DNA of 64,000 bases from Geopsychrobacteraceae bacterium (GTDB lineage: Bacteria; Desulfobacterota; Desulfuromonadia; Desulfuromonadales; Geopsychrobacteraceae), in NCBI GenBank assembly GCA_963676795.2, contig CAXXTB010000002.1, positions 96,001-160,000 of the forward strand. The letters are read 5' to 3'. This document shows positions 1 through 9,049 of this stretch, one piece after another. A model generated the notes under the pieces. It was given only the letters and a program-made list of their open reading frames with translations. It did not search any database and was not told where the DNA came from. The first letter of the stretch is position 1, and the number at the start of each line of letters is the position of its first letter. Position numbers and translations under genes: made by a program.

Positions 1-648
1 GCGCTCTTTTATCTGCTCGAATGGGTCTTCACCCTTCTTTTTACCATCGAATATCTTCTGCGCCTCAGCTGTATCGGCCGCCCGCTTAAATACGCCTTGA
101 GCTTTTACGGCATCGTCGACCTGCTGTCGATCCTGCCGACCTATATCGGTCTCATCCTCGTCTCCGGAAAATACCTTCTGGTCATCAGGATTCTCCGCCT
201 GCTGCGCGTATTCAGGGTGCTGAAACTGGCCCAGTATGTCGGTGAGTCAAACAATCTGCAGCGCGCCCTGTGGGCCAGTCGGCGAAAGATCTTGGTCTTT
301 CTGCTTTCAGTCTTCGTGCTGATGATCATCTTCGGCTCGGTAATGTATATTATCGAGGGACCGCAGCGCGGGTTTACCAGTATCCCGCGTTCGATTTACT
401 GGGCCATCGTGACCATGACGACGGTCGGCTATGGTGATATCTCGCCGCAGACGAGTCTGGGGCAGGCACTGGCTTCGCTGGTGATGATTCTCGGCTATGG
501 GATTATTGCCATTCCGACCGGAATCGTGACGACCGAGCTGGCTTTCTCAAGGCGGGTGTCGACCCAGGCCTGCCCCCAGTGCGGCAAGGAGGGGCATGAG
601 TTCGATGCGCGCTTCTGTAAATTCTGCGGAGCGCAGTTGAATTCCTGA
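1..648 (+). CDS. Voltage-gated potassium channel / ion transporter with C-terminal zinc ribbon (5' truncated by window)
   Basis: Frame open from base 1; S4-like RILRLLRVFRVLK; selectivity filter TVGYGD; C-terminal CPQC...CKFC. Confidence 0.9.
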   Translation, partial: ALFYLLEWVFTLLFTIEYLLRLSCIGRPLKYALSFYGIVDLLSILPTYIGLILVSGKYLLVIRILRLLRVFRVLKLAQYVGESNNLQRALWASRRKILVFLLSVFVLMIIFGSVMYIIEGPQRGFTSIPRSIYWAIVTMTTVGYGDISPQTSLGQALASLVMILGYGIIAIPTGIVTTELAFSRRVSTQACPQCGKEGHEFDARFCKFCGAQLNS

Positions 649-652
649 GGTT

Positions 653-720
653 AAAACACACCCCCCTGCTCGTAAACTCGCTTCCCCCCTATTTTATAGG
701 GGGGATTGAGGGGGGTGTTT
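653..720. repeat. Nested inverted repeat (C-run/G-run palindrome)
   Basis: aaacac(a)ccccc ... gggggtgttt outer arms enclosing cccccctat-ttt-atagggggg. Confidence 0.55.
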
Positions 721-733
721 GTATGCAGATTTT

Positions 734-762
734 CTCTGTGTACTCTGCGTCTCTGCGTGAGA
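734..762. repeat. ctctgcg-type ~9-nt periodic repeat (family B)
   Basis: ctctgtgta-ctctgcgt-ctctgcgtgaga; nearly identical to ~4391-4419. Confidence 0.6.
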
Positions 763-774
763 ATGCTTTGATAC

Positions 775-810
775 AAAAAAGGCCGACTGAATTGCTTCAG
801 TCGGCCTTTT
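775..810. terminator. Bidirectional intrinsic terminator
   Basis: aaaaaa-ggccgactgaa-ttgc-ttcagtcggcc-tttt between convergent genes. Confidence 0.85.
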
Positions 811-832
811 CTTATGTTACGAGTCCTTACTC

Positions 833-2104
833 TTAGAGCAGGGTGATCTTTTTGGTGCCGGTCAGCGGGATTTCTGGTTGACCACCGTTGTAGACGATAT
901 CCATTTCGTATGGGAATTTGGTTCCTTTACGCCACTGGCCGCCGACCAGCGGGGTGCCGCTGTAGTGCTCGTCGTTGTAGTCGATCGGGCCGACCATAGT
1001 GTCGAGCTTGGTCTCGGAGATCGCCTTGAGGACAGCTTTCTTCTCGAGGGTGCCGGCACGCTTGAGGGCGTCAGCGATGATCTCGTAGCCAGCGTACTTG
1101 AAGCCGAGCGGTGCAACCCATGGCTTGCCGGTTTCTTCGGTCCAGCGGTCACAGAGTTGCGCAGCGGTCATGCCGTTCAGGGAAGACTGGAACGGATGGA
1201 AGCGGCTCCACCAGTTCTCGCAGAGCAGTCCTTCGCCGAGGCTTTCGCCGATCGCTTCGACGTCGGACGGGAACAGAATCGCCTTGCCGATGGTCGCCAT
1301 CTTAGGTTTGAATCCCTGCTGATGTGCCTGGCGCCAGAAGGTGGAAAAGTCTGGTGGAATCATGATCCCGGCGATGATTTCGACATTTTCCTTTTTGAAC
1401 TTGCTGATGATCGAGCTGAAGTCCTTCAGGCCGTATGGGAACTGGCCCGGGTCAACAACCTTGAAGCCGCGCTCTTTGGCAACCTTGTTGAACAGTGGGT
1501 TGAAGGTGACGCCGTCCGGGTCGGTCTGCCACAGGAAGCCGACGGTTTTGTTGTGCTTGGCGGCCATCTCTTCCCACATACCGAGGTAGACGTTGATGAT
1601 CCCTTCATTGGTCCAGTGCGCATGGTAGCACCAGTCGTAAGGGCCACCGGACAGCCAGGCGCCGACCGGAGCATCCAGGGAGACGCATGGGATTTCGAAG
1701 TTGTCGCACATTGCGGAGACCGGAGCAACGGTGTCCGGGGTGTGGAGAACGAGCATGATGTCGACTTCGTCCTTGAGGATCAGTTTCTGGGCAACTTCAC
1801 CAGCCAGGGTCGGGCTGGACTGGGTGTCGACCAGTTTGATCTGGACCGGAAGTTTCTTGCCGGCTTCTTTGATGTAGATACCGCCGTCTTTGTTGATCGC
1901 TTCCAGGGCGATCTTGTCAACCCATGGAGTGGCTTCGCCGAAAGAGGCGAGCGGGCCGGTTGACGGGTTCGGGCGACCGATCAGGATGTAACCACGCTTG
2001 GCGGCACGAGCCATGGCCGGCTTCAGCAGGCCGGCGGTACCCAGAGCTGCACCGCTGACAGCCATATTTTTCAGAAAATTGCGGCGTGAGATGTTTTTGC
2101 TCAT
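833..2104 (-). CDS. ABC transporter substrate-binding protein (branched-chain amino acid / type I PBP family) with Tat signal
   Basis: N-terminal SRRNFLK twin-arginine motif; TGPLASFG and DTQSSP motifs typical of LivJ-like PBPs. Confidence 0.85.
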   Translation of the reverse strand: MSKNISRRNFLKNMAVSGAALGTAGLLKPAMARAAKRGYILIGRPNPSTGPLASFGEATPWVDKIALEAINKDGGIYIKEAGKKLPVQIKLVDTQSSPTLAGEVAQKLILKDEVDIMLVLHTPDTVAPVSAMCDNFEIPCVSLDAPVGAWLSGGPYDWCYHAHWTNEGIINVYLGMWEEMAAKHNKTVGFLWQTDPDGVTFNPLFNKVAKERGFKVVDPGQFPYGLKDFSSIISKFKKENVEIIAGIMIPPDFSTFWRQAHQQGFKPKMATIGKAILFPSDVEAIGESLGEGLLCENWWSRFHPFQSSLNGMTAAQLCDRWTEETGKPWVAPLGFKYAGYEIIADALKRAGTLEKKAVLKAISETKLDTMVGPIDYNDEHYSGTPLVGGQWRKGTKFPYEMDIVYNGGQPEIPLTGTKKITLL

Positions 2105-2359
2105 GATTGACCTCTCTTGTCTCGTATAGAGTTCGAAGGATAATCGTCCGCAACAGTGGTTCTTTAAGTGTGTTGCGGGTTCCGATAAACGAATTAACGT
2201 TACATATATAACAACAACATTTCATATAGCACAAATGCACAGTTGCAGACAAGTGAAAATGCTATTCCATGACTTTTTCAGTCAAGAATCGGGTTGGTGA
2301 TGATTGTGCGGAACAGATTGTGAATCTGGTGGTAGATAGGAGCACTGGGAGGGTAGATG

Positions 2360-2387
2360 AAAAAGGCGCGGCCTGTTGGCCCGCGCC
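2360..2387 (-). terminator. Intrinsic terminator after uup-like gene
   Basis: Minus strand GGCGCGG...CCGCGCC stem followed by a U-tract. Confidence 0.65.
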
Positions 2388-2390
2388 ATA

Positions 2391-2418
2391 TCTGAAATAT
2401 GAGATTTGAAATATGAAA
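2391..2418. repeat. 7-bp tandem repeat TnTGArA x4 (family C)
   Basis: tctgaaa-tatgaga-tttgaaa-tatgaaa. Confidence 0.65.
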
Positions 2419-2437
2419 TCGCACTGCGAGCAGTGCG

Positions 2438-4213
2438 TCATTCGGCAATCTTTTCAAGTTCGTCCCAGCGCAGGTAAGACATTTCCAGCTCAGCTTCGAT
2501 GTTTTCAAGACGTGCTTTGAGCTGTCCGATCAGCTCCGGGTTGTCCCTGTAGCTGGCTGGATCGGCCATTTTTTCATGGATATCCTGCTGTTCCTGCTCC
2601 AGGGTTTCGATGCGCAGCGGCAGCTCCTCGAGTTCCCGTTTCTCCCTGAAGCTCAGCTTGCGCGCCCGTTCCTTGCGCGGCTGGGCAGGGGCTTTCTCTT
2701 TCTTGACGACAGGAGCAGCCGGTTGCTTCAGGGCTTGCCAGTCGTCGTAACCGCCGATGATTTCTTCGATACTGCCATTTTCACCGAAGATCAGTGAACT
2801 GGTAACCACATCGTTGAGGAAGCTCCGGTCGTGGCTGACCAGCAGGACTGTGCCCTTGTAGTCGAGCAGCAGTTCTTCGAGCAGATCGAGGGTCTCCATG
2901 TCGAGGTCGTTGGTCGGCTCATCGAGGATCAGCAGGTTGGCCGGACGGGTGAATAGTTTGGCCAGCAACAGGCGGTTCTTTTCTCCCCCTGAGAGAACCT
3001 TGACCGGTGTCCTGGCCCGTTCCGGGGTGAAGAGGAAATCCTGCAAGTAGCCGTAGATGTGACGCGGCTTGTCGCCGATGATGACCTGGTCGTGGTCGTC
3101 GGCGATGTTCTGTTTGACCGTGCGGTCTTCATCCAGCTGATCACGCATCTGATCAAAGTAGGCGATCTGCAGGTTGGTGCCGTGGCGCAGCGTTCCTTCT
3201 GTCGGCATAAGAGCACCAGTCAGCAGCTTGAGCAGGGTCGACTTGCCGCTGCCATTGGGGCCGATCATGCCGATCCGGTCGCCGCGCATGACGCGCAGGT
3301 TGAGCCCGCTGAAAATCTGTTTGTCGCCGTAGGAGAAGCCCAATTCCTTGGCTTCGAGCACCAGCTGGCCGCTGCGCGAAGCCTCTTCCAGCTGCATCTT
3401 GACATTGCCGGTCCGTTCGCGGCGTTGACGACGCTCTTCGCGCATTTTGAGCAGATCGCGGACACGTCCCATGTTGCGGGTCCGGCGCGCCTTGATCCCT
3501 TTGCGGATCCAGACCTCTTCTTCGGCCAGTTTCTGGTCGAAGCGGGCCCACTCCTTCTCTTCGGCATTGAGAACATCCTGGCGGCGTTCCAGGTAGGTTG
3601 CGTAGGTACAGCGATAATCCTGAATCCGCCCGCGGTCGAGCTCGATAATCCGGGTCGCCAGTGCTTTGGCAAAGGCCCGGTCGTGGCTGATGAACATCAG
3701 GGTTTTACGCAGCCGCAGGAGGAAAGTCTCCAGCCAGAGAATCGCTTCGATGTCGAGGTGGTTGGTCGGTTCGTCGAGCAGGATCAGGTCGGGATCCTGC
3801 ACCAGGGCAGCCGCCAGCAGGACGCGGCGTTGCTGACCACCGGAGAGATTCTCGACCCTGTCATCGCCGTTGAGGTCGAGCTGACTCAGGGTCTGTTCAA
3901 TCTGAACTGAGACCATATGCTTTTCAATATTCCGGGAGGTCAGACTGTTCGCCAGGTAGTCGCTGATTGTACCTGTCCAGTCGGAGGGGAACTCCTGGGG
4001 GACGTAGGCGGTAATGACCCCCTGGCGGCGGATGATATCGCCTGAATCGGGTTTGATGTCGCCGTTGATCAGGTGCATCAGAGTCGACTTGCCGGCACCG
4101 TTACGTCCGAGCAGGCAGATCCGGTCGCCTTCTTCGATCTGGACGCAGGCATTGTCAAGCAGCGGAGGTCCGCCGTAGGCGTGGGTGATGTCTTTTAATG
4201 TCAGTAGATTCAT
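2438..4213 (-). CDS. uup: ABC-F family ATPase, Uup-like
   Basis: Two ABC domains (GRNGAGKST, GPNGSGKST, LSGG, DEPTN); WIRKGIKARRTRNMGR linker; C-terminal coiled coil; no TM segments. Confidence 0.85.
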   Translation of the reverse strand: MNLLTLKDITHAYGGPPLLDNACVQIEEGDRICLLGRNGAGKSTLMHLINGDIKPDSGDIIRRQGVITAYVPQEFPSDWTGTISDYLANSLTSRNIEKHMVSVQIEQTLSQLDLNGDDRVENLSGGQQRRVLLAAALVQDPDLILLDEPTNHLDIEAILWLETFLLRLRKTLMFISHDRAFAKALATRIIELDRGRIQDYRCTYATYLERRQDVLNAEEKEWARFDQKLAEEEVWIRKGIKARRTRNMGRVRDLLKMREERRQRRERTGNVKMQLEEASRSGQLVLEAKELGFSYGDKQIFSGLNLRVMRGDRIGMIGPNGSGKSTLLKLLTGALMPTEGTLRHGTNLQIAYFDQMRDQLDEDRTVKQNIADDHDQVIIGDKPRHIYGYLQDFLFTPERARTPVKVLSGGEKNRLLLAKLFTRPANLLILDEPTNDLDMETLDLLEELLLDYKGTVLLVSHDRSFLNDVVTSSLIFGENGSIEEIIGGYDDWQALKQPAAPVVKKEKAPAQPRKERARKLSFREKRELEELPLRIETLEQEQQDIHEKMADPASYRDNPELIGQLKARLENIEAELEMSYLRWDELEKIAE

Positions 4214-4227
4214 ATTTAATTGAAACC

Positions 4228-4421
4228 AATCTCACGCCCGTTCACTGGGCTCACTCGAGACGCAGAGGACGCTGAGAATAGCCGATAGTAAAAAAATGTC
4301 TGGAGAGTCGGTCTTGAGCCGGAATTTTCCGCATCAATAACTAAAACCAGGCTTTTGTACAGATGTCTGAATGAACTGATTAGGGTTCTCCTCTGTGTTC
4401 TCTGCGCCTCTGCGTGAGATT
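4228..4421. repeat. Inverted pair of ctctgcg-type repeats (family B) enclosing a spacer
   Basis: aatctcacgc...agacgcagaggacgctgaga pairs with tctcctctgtgttctctgcgcctctgcgtgagatt. Confidence 0.6.
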
Positions 4422-4425
4422 GCCT

Positions 4426-6126
4426 TTAAGGCATTTCGATAATGACGATATTGGAGCGACCGCGTTGCAGGACATTGCTGCTCTTGTAGCGGATCGCCAT
4501 AACGATTTCCTTCTCACCGTCATTGTCGGCATCGGCAACTGCGAAGTCCGCAAGGTAGCCGCCCTGGTAAGCCGTTTTCCACAGTTCCTGCATCTGCTTG
4601 CCGTCCCATTTCAGGGCGATCAGGTTGTTGCCGTCAAAATCTCGGTATCTTTCAAGTGCGCGGGTCCCCTCGTTCTGAAGAGCCAGAACCTGTCCCGCAC
4701 CAAGAGAGAGGATACGTTTGCCGATATAGGTCGGAGGAACCATTTCACTATTTTTGTCAGGTGCGATGTAGAAGAATTCTTCCGTACCGCCGATCTTTTC
4801 CGCAGAGTCCCAGAGCTCGTCACCTTCTTCTGTCGCAACATAAAGGTGATCATCGTTTGATGTGAAGGTCAGCAGCGAACCGTCGTCGGCAACAAGGGTG
4901 TTGAAGCTGAACATGTTGGCTTTAAAGGGCAGGCTGATATCATCACCTTTTACAAGTTTGTCGCCATTGCGTTGGACCTTGAAGGGAGAACCGGCAAAGA
5001 AGTTCTCCTTGTTGCCGGCTTTCTGGCCGACGAGGTATTTGCCCTGATGAGGATTTTCTACAACCCGCAGGTACCAGTCGATCCCCTTGATGCTTCTCTC
5101 ATAGTGACCATTGATATATTCGACACATTGAGAATAGAGCGAATAGTCGTTTGCCGCTGTCAGGTAGATTTCTTCGCGACCATCGCTCGTCAGGTCGATA
5201 CTGTCGATACTTAACAGCTTGGTTTTGCCGGGAAATTCGATGCTGTCGAGCAGGTCAAAATCACCGGAGGTCATGCGGTAGATAGCGATGCTGTTTCGGT
5301 AGGCAACTGCGATCTCCAGTTGGCCGTCACCGTCAAGATCGGCGCTGATCATCCCGATCGGATTGTCCTTGAGGTTGGGGCTCAGCCACAGATCGCCACG
5401 GGCGATCTGCTGCGAGCGGATGATCCCTGGATTTTCCAGGCGGTTGTCCTTGCCGATGCTCGCATTGCCAAGGACCCCTTCCAGGGCCTTCTGCAGGATT
5501 TTTGGCTCGCTCTTGGTCGGTATTGCAGTTGGCCGCGGGGCAACCTCTGTGACTGTCTCGATAGCTGATGTGCTGTCCATGTAGGTGCGGACTGAGGTGC
5601 CGTCGGCCGTGGTGACCAGCAGGCTGTCCTCCTTGATTTCAAAGGTCAGGAGCGCAGCTTCCGCACCTGAACCTGACAGCCAGTCGAGTTGAGGCAGGGT
5701 CTGTTTCAGCTGTTCTGAAAGGGCCGGATCGTTGCTCATGATCGTCGCCGGGACCTGTTCGAAACGCTTGACGCTGTCCCCTTTTTTTAAGGGGACGTCG
5801 CTACTGAGCAGTTTGGCGTAGGAGTAGCCGCTCTGCAGGCGGGTCACCTGAAGGAAGCCGTGAATCTCATCCAGGCTGCCCAGAACTTCCTTACTGACCG
5901 GGTGGATGATCTTCTCTCCCGGGCTGACGAAGGTCAGGATGTCCCCTTCGGCAAGGCCAGAGGTCGCATCGAGATCAATCAGGTATTCGTTACCCACCGG
6001 CATGATGACCAGGCCGGAGAGGGATGAAAAATCCTTCTTGAGCTGACCGGCGATATCGGCATTGGCGAGGGAGATAAAAGACAGGGACAGGATCAGGGCA
6101 GTCAGAACGTAGCGAAAAAATCTCAT
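4426..6126 (-). CDS. Secreted FG-GAP/VCBS-repeat protein
   Basis: Signal peptide; repeats ADLDGDGQLEI, IDLTSDGREEI, ADADNDGEKEI. Confidence 0.75.
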   Translation of the reverse strand: MRFFRYVLTALILSLSFISLANADIAGQLKKDFSSLSGLVIMPVGNEYLIDLDATSGLAEGDILTFVSPGEKIIHPVSKEVLGSLDEIHGFLQVTRLQSGYSYAKLLSSDVPLKKGDSVKRFEQVPATIMSNDPALSEQLKQTLPQLDWLSGSGAEAALLTFEIKEDSLLVTTADGTSVRTYMDSTSAIETVTEVAPRPTAIPTKSEPKILQKALEGVLGNASIGKDNRLENPGIIRSQQIARGDLWLSPNLKDNPIGMISADLDGDGQLEIAVAYRNSIAIYRMTSGDFDLLDSIEFPGKTKLLSIDSIDLTSDGREEIYLTAANDYSLYSQCVEYINGHYERSIKGIDWYLRVVENPHQGKYLVGQKAGNKENFFAGSPFKVQRNGDKLVKGDDISLPFKANMFSFNTLVADDGSLLTFTSNDDHLYVATEEGDELWDSAEKIGGTEEFFYIAPDKNSEMVPPTYIGKRILSLGAGQVLALQNEGTRALERYRDFDGNNLIALKWDGKQMQELWKTAYQGGYLADFAVADADNDGEKEIVMAIRYKSSNVLQRGRSNIVIIEMP

Positions 6127-6269
6127 GAGATATCCATGCTCTTCAATGGGAACGGAAATGTCTTCAAGGGTTCGGTATCTTACCCTGTTTGTCGTTTAAA
6201 AAAAAGTTGAAATGCGTTTCTGAATGGTTGGCGAGGTGCAGTTGTTATTGAGGGTCTTGCTTTGAATAT

Positions 6270-6300
6270 AAAAAAGCCCGTTGCCGGAGCAACGGGCTTT
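6270..6300 (-). terminator. Intrinsic terminator of porin gene
   Basis: aaaaaa-gcccgttgc-cgga-gcaacgggc-ttt. Confidence 0.85.
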
Positions 6301-6323
6301 AATTTCATCAGAATTCTAACGAA

Positions 6324-7628
6324 TTAGAACTTGATTTCGAGCAGGCACTCAGCACTGACCCACTGGTCTTCCAGGCCAAGAGCATCGCCATTGTCGTTTA
6401 CGTCCCAAGCAACATACTGACCCTGGATGGCAACTTGGACGTTGTCAACCAGCATGTGGCTGATACCGGCGTTAGCAACGATAGCGGAGTCAGCGATTGC
6501 GAACTCGTCGTCAGCTGGAACAGCGTAAGCAATGGAACCGGTAACGTCGGTTTTGGCAGCAACAGCAGCTTTGGCGAAGATTTGACCAGCCATGACACCG
6601 GAACCGTTAACCTGTGCTGCAGGGATAGCGAATGCTGGTGCACCTGGAGCAATATTGATGGCGTTGAAGATGTCGTATACGCGGCCACCGAAGAGCAGGT
6701 CTTCGTCTTGGAGAGGACCGCGGCTCAGGTAGTCACCGTCGCCGAAAGCCTGGCCGATAGCGGTGATTTGAGCTTCGTCGCTGTCAGTATCAGCGCCGTA
6801 GTAGAGGCCGGCACCAACTTCAACGGTTTCAGAAACAGCCATGGTGGCTTCGGCGGCAGCTTCGATACCTTTAGCGTCTACAGTGTCGCTGACTTCGCCG
6901 GTGAAGTAAGCTACACCAGCCATCAGTTTGACAACGTCGAGGTCGAAGTGACCCCAAGCAAAAGCGGAGGTGATAGCGTAATCAGAGCTTCCACCTTCAG
7001 CCATGTGGTGACCAACGCTCAGCTCGACTGGACCGAGGTTGACAGCAGCCATCAGCAGGACGGTGTCTTGGTTGTCGTATGCAGTAGAGGAGGCAACCAG
7101 GCTGTCCTGATCGCCGTCGCCATCGTAGTCAGCTACAGTGTAGGTAGTAGTGGAGCCTTCGTTGTTGTTGCGCAGGAAGGCTGCAACAGTGACAGGAACG
7201 TCTTTCAGAGCAACTTTCAGACCGGTGCTTTGTGCAGCGGTACCGTGGAACAGCGGGCCACCGATGCCCCACTGGAAGGAGCCAATGGTGATGGTTGCAG
7301 GGTCGAGAGCGATAACTGCAAATGCGCGGTCGGTATCAGCAGCGTTGCCTTGGTCCTGAAACAGACGACCCATGGTGTTGTCACCCCAGTTGCCGTCACT
7401 GAAGTCGGTACGCCAATTAACGGTGACGCGGTCAGTTGGCTTGAAGCTGGCTGCGATACGCAGGCGCTGGGTAACGCCCATGTAGGTGTCGTCGCCATCG
7501 GTTGCATCCTGGTAGATGCCTTCGAAACGCAGTTCGCCGCCGAGGGTGAATGAACCGGCTGCGAATGCAGGTGCCGCGATTGCGACGGCCGCTACGAGAG
7601 CGACGAGGACTTTCATGAACTTGCTCAT
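6324..7628 (-). CDS. Outer-membrane porin / beta-barrel protein, probably abundant
   Basis: Signal peptide ending AFA; alternating beta-strand pattern; C-terminal Phe; codon usage resembles groEL. Confidence 0.75.
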   Translation of the reverse strand: MSKFMKVLVALVAAVAIAAPAFAAGSFTLGGELRFEGIYQDATDGDDTYMGVTQRLRIAASFKPTDRVTVNWRTDFSDGNWGDNTMGRLFQDQGNAADTDRAFAVIALDPATITIGSFQWGIGGPLFHGTAAQSTGLKVALKDVPVTVAAFLRNNNEGSTTTYTVADYDGDGDQDSLVASSTAYDNQDTVLLMAAVNLGPVELSVGHHMAEGGSSDYAITSAFAWGHFDLDVVKLMAGVAYFTGEVSDTVDAKGIEAAAEATMAVSETVEVGAGLYYGADTDSDEAQITAIGQAFGDGDYLSRGPLQDEDLLFGGRVYDIFNAINIAPGAPAFAIPAAQVNGSGVMAGQIFAKAAVAAKTDVTGSIAYAVPADDEFAIADSAIVANAGISHMLVDNVQVAIQGQYVAWDVNDNGDALGLEDQWVSAECLLEIKF

Positions 7629-7828
7629 ACTTTGTTACCTCCTCTAGGTAAAGAAAAGTGCCGAACAATTCGGCGTTGAACAAATGGCTGTGCAGGCAGC
7701 CAAACAAAACAGGGTACAGTATACAAATTTAAGCCGGCTTTACCAGTGCAATAATGCAAGCACGGTTAATTTTTATTCTGTCTTCATAAAATACAAATAT
7801 AAAACTGAAGGACCTCGCCAAATCACTA

Positions 7829-7844
7829 AGCAGGTAGCGTGCCA
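7829..7844 (-). promoter_or_regulatory. sigma54 (-24/-12) promoter of porin gene
   Basis: Minus strand TGGCACGCTACCTGCT = GG-N10-GC, ~200 bp upstream of the ATG. Confidence 0.7.
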
Positions 7845-7940
7845 ATTGCGGGTGAGGGTGTCTTTTTGCGGCTAAGCTGCCAGAAGTGCGTGCTTTGTTG
7901 TGTTGCTTGCATGTCGGGCTATTTGATGTTGTTCCGCCTG

Positions 7941-7991
7941 TGTTGTCATGTTGCAACAGTTTGCCCTGGTTGTGTTGTTGATAAAACAACA
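7941..7991. promoter_or_regulatory. Two palindromic candidate enhancer (bEBP) sites
   Basis: TGTTG-N8-CAACA (7941-7958) and TGTTG-N9-CAACA (7973-7991), starts 32 bp apart. Confidence 0.5.
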
Positions 7992-8155
7992 CGCTTTGAT
8001 GCATGGCCTGTGGATTTTGTTCAACAGTGGCTAGGACATCGTTCCTGTTTTTTTGCATTGGGGGGCATGACCGTTTTGTTGACGGTAATATATATTTATG
8101 TTTTCATCTATGTCGGAACATCTCTAAACCTGTCCGCAAAATCAGGGGCCTGCCT

Positions 8156-8440
8156 ATGGACATACAAAATCTTGAAGCGAAAATCCTGCCGATCTTGCTG
8201 AGCCATGGCGCTTCTCGAATCGGTATCTTTGGCTCCTATGCCAGGAATGAAGCAGGCCCTGACAGTGACCTTGATCTTCTGGTCGATTTTTCCGATCGCA
8301 AGAGTCTGCTAACCTTGGTACGCATCAAGAGAGAGCTCTCTGAAGTTCTCGGGATGGAGATCGACCTGTTGACAGAAGCCGCAGTCAGCCCTCATCTAAT
8401 AGATAAAATCAAATCTGAGCTGCGGGTTATCTATCAATGA
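8156..8440 (+). CDS. Minimal nucleotidyltransferase (MntA-like antitoxin)
   Basis: GSYARNEAGPDSDLD = GSX10DXD motif; 94 aa from ATG 8156; ATGA overlap with the HEPN gene. Confidence 0.85.
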   Translation: MDIQNLEAKILPILLSHGASRIGIFGSYARNEAGPDSDLDLLVDFSDRKSLLTLVRIKRELSEVLGMEIDLLTEAAVSPHLIDKIKSELRVIYQ

Positions 8441-8781
8441 AAAAAGATGATCGTGTTTATCTGTTGCATATTCTGGACGCAATGGATCAAATCGAAAGCT
8501 ACACTCAGGACTGCACTTATCAAGCCTTCATGCTAACCCGTCTGGTTCAGGATGGCGTTATCCGTCAACTGGAAATTATCGGCGAGGCCACCAAAAACTT
8601 GTCAAATGAGACTCGGGCGAATGCTCCTGAGGTCCCATGGCGGGACATGGCTGGGATGAGAGATGTGCTGATTCATCAATATTTTGGTGTCGATATGACC
8701 GCCGTCTGGGATACGGTCAGGCAGGATATCCCCGGATTGAAACAGGAAATATCTAAATTGTTAAGCCCTGACGAACGGTAG
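8437..8781 (+). CDS. HEPN/DUF86 ribonuclease toxin (HepT-like)
   Basis: RDVLIHQY = RX4HXY motif; LEIIGEA motif; paired with MNT. Confidence 0.85.
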   Translation: MKKDDRVYLLHILDAMDQIESYTQDCTYQAFMLTRLVQDGVIRQLEIIGEATKNLSNETRANAPEVPWRDMAGMRDVLIHQYFGVDMTAVWDTVRQDIPGLKQEISKLLSPDER

Positions 8782-8807
8782 CCTTTGGTTGTTGATTTAG
8801 TAACGAT

Positions 8808-8835
8808 TCTCTCGGTGTCCTCTGTGTGCTCGGTG
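8808..8835. repeat. ctctgcg-type repeat variant (family B)
   Basis: ctcggtgtc-ctctgtgtg-ctcggtg, 9-nt period. Confidence 0.45.
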
Positions 8836-8853
8836 TTTCATGGGTTGTATTTT

Positions 8854-8959
8854 GTCCTTCTCCCTTGGGGAGAAGGTGCCCCAAGGGGGTGGATGAGCGG
8901 GCTTTGCGGACGAGTTCCCCCCCCCCTCACCCTAACCCTCTCCCTCATGGAGAGGGGAC
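8854..8959. repeat. REP-like palindromic repeat, family A copy 1
   Basis: ccttctccc..gggagaagg / ggatgag..ctcaccc / ccctctcc..ggagaggg. Confidence 0.75.
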
Positions 8960-9004
8960 TTTGAACTTTCAGCGCATAGTGTCAGTAAGGTTTCAAAAGG
9001 TTTT

Positions 9005-9033
9005 CTTCGCGTTCTCCGAGGCTTCGCGTGAGA
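9005..9033. repeat. ctctgcg-type repeat variant (family B)
   Basis: cttcgcgtt-ctccgagg-cttcgcgtgaga; ends in the shared gcgtgaga. Confidence 0.5.
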
Positions 9034-9049
9034 CATGGGTTTCAGGTTT

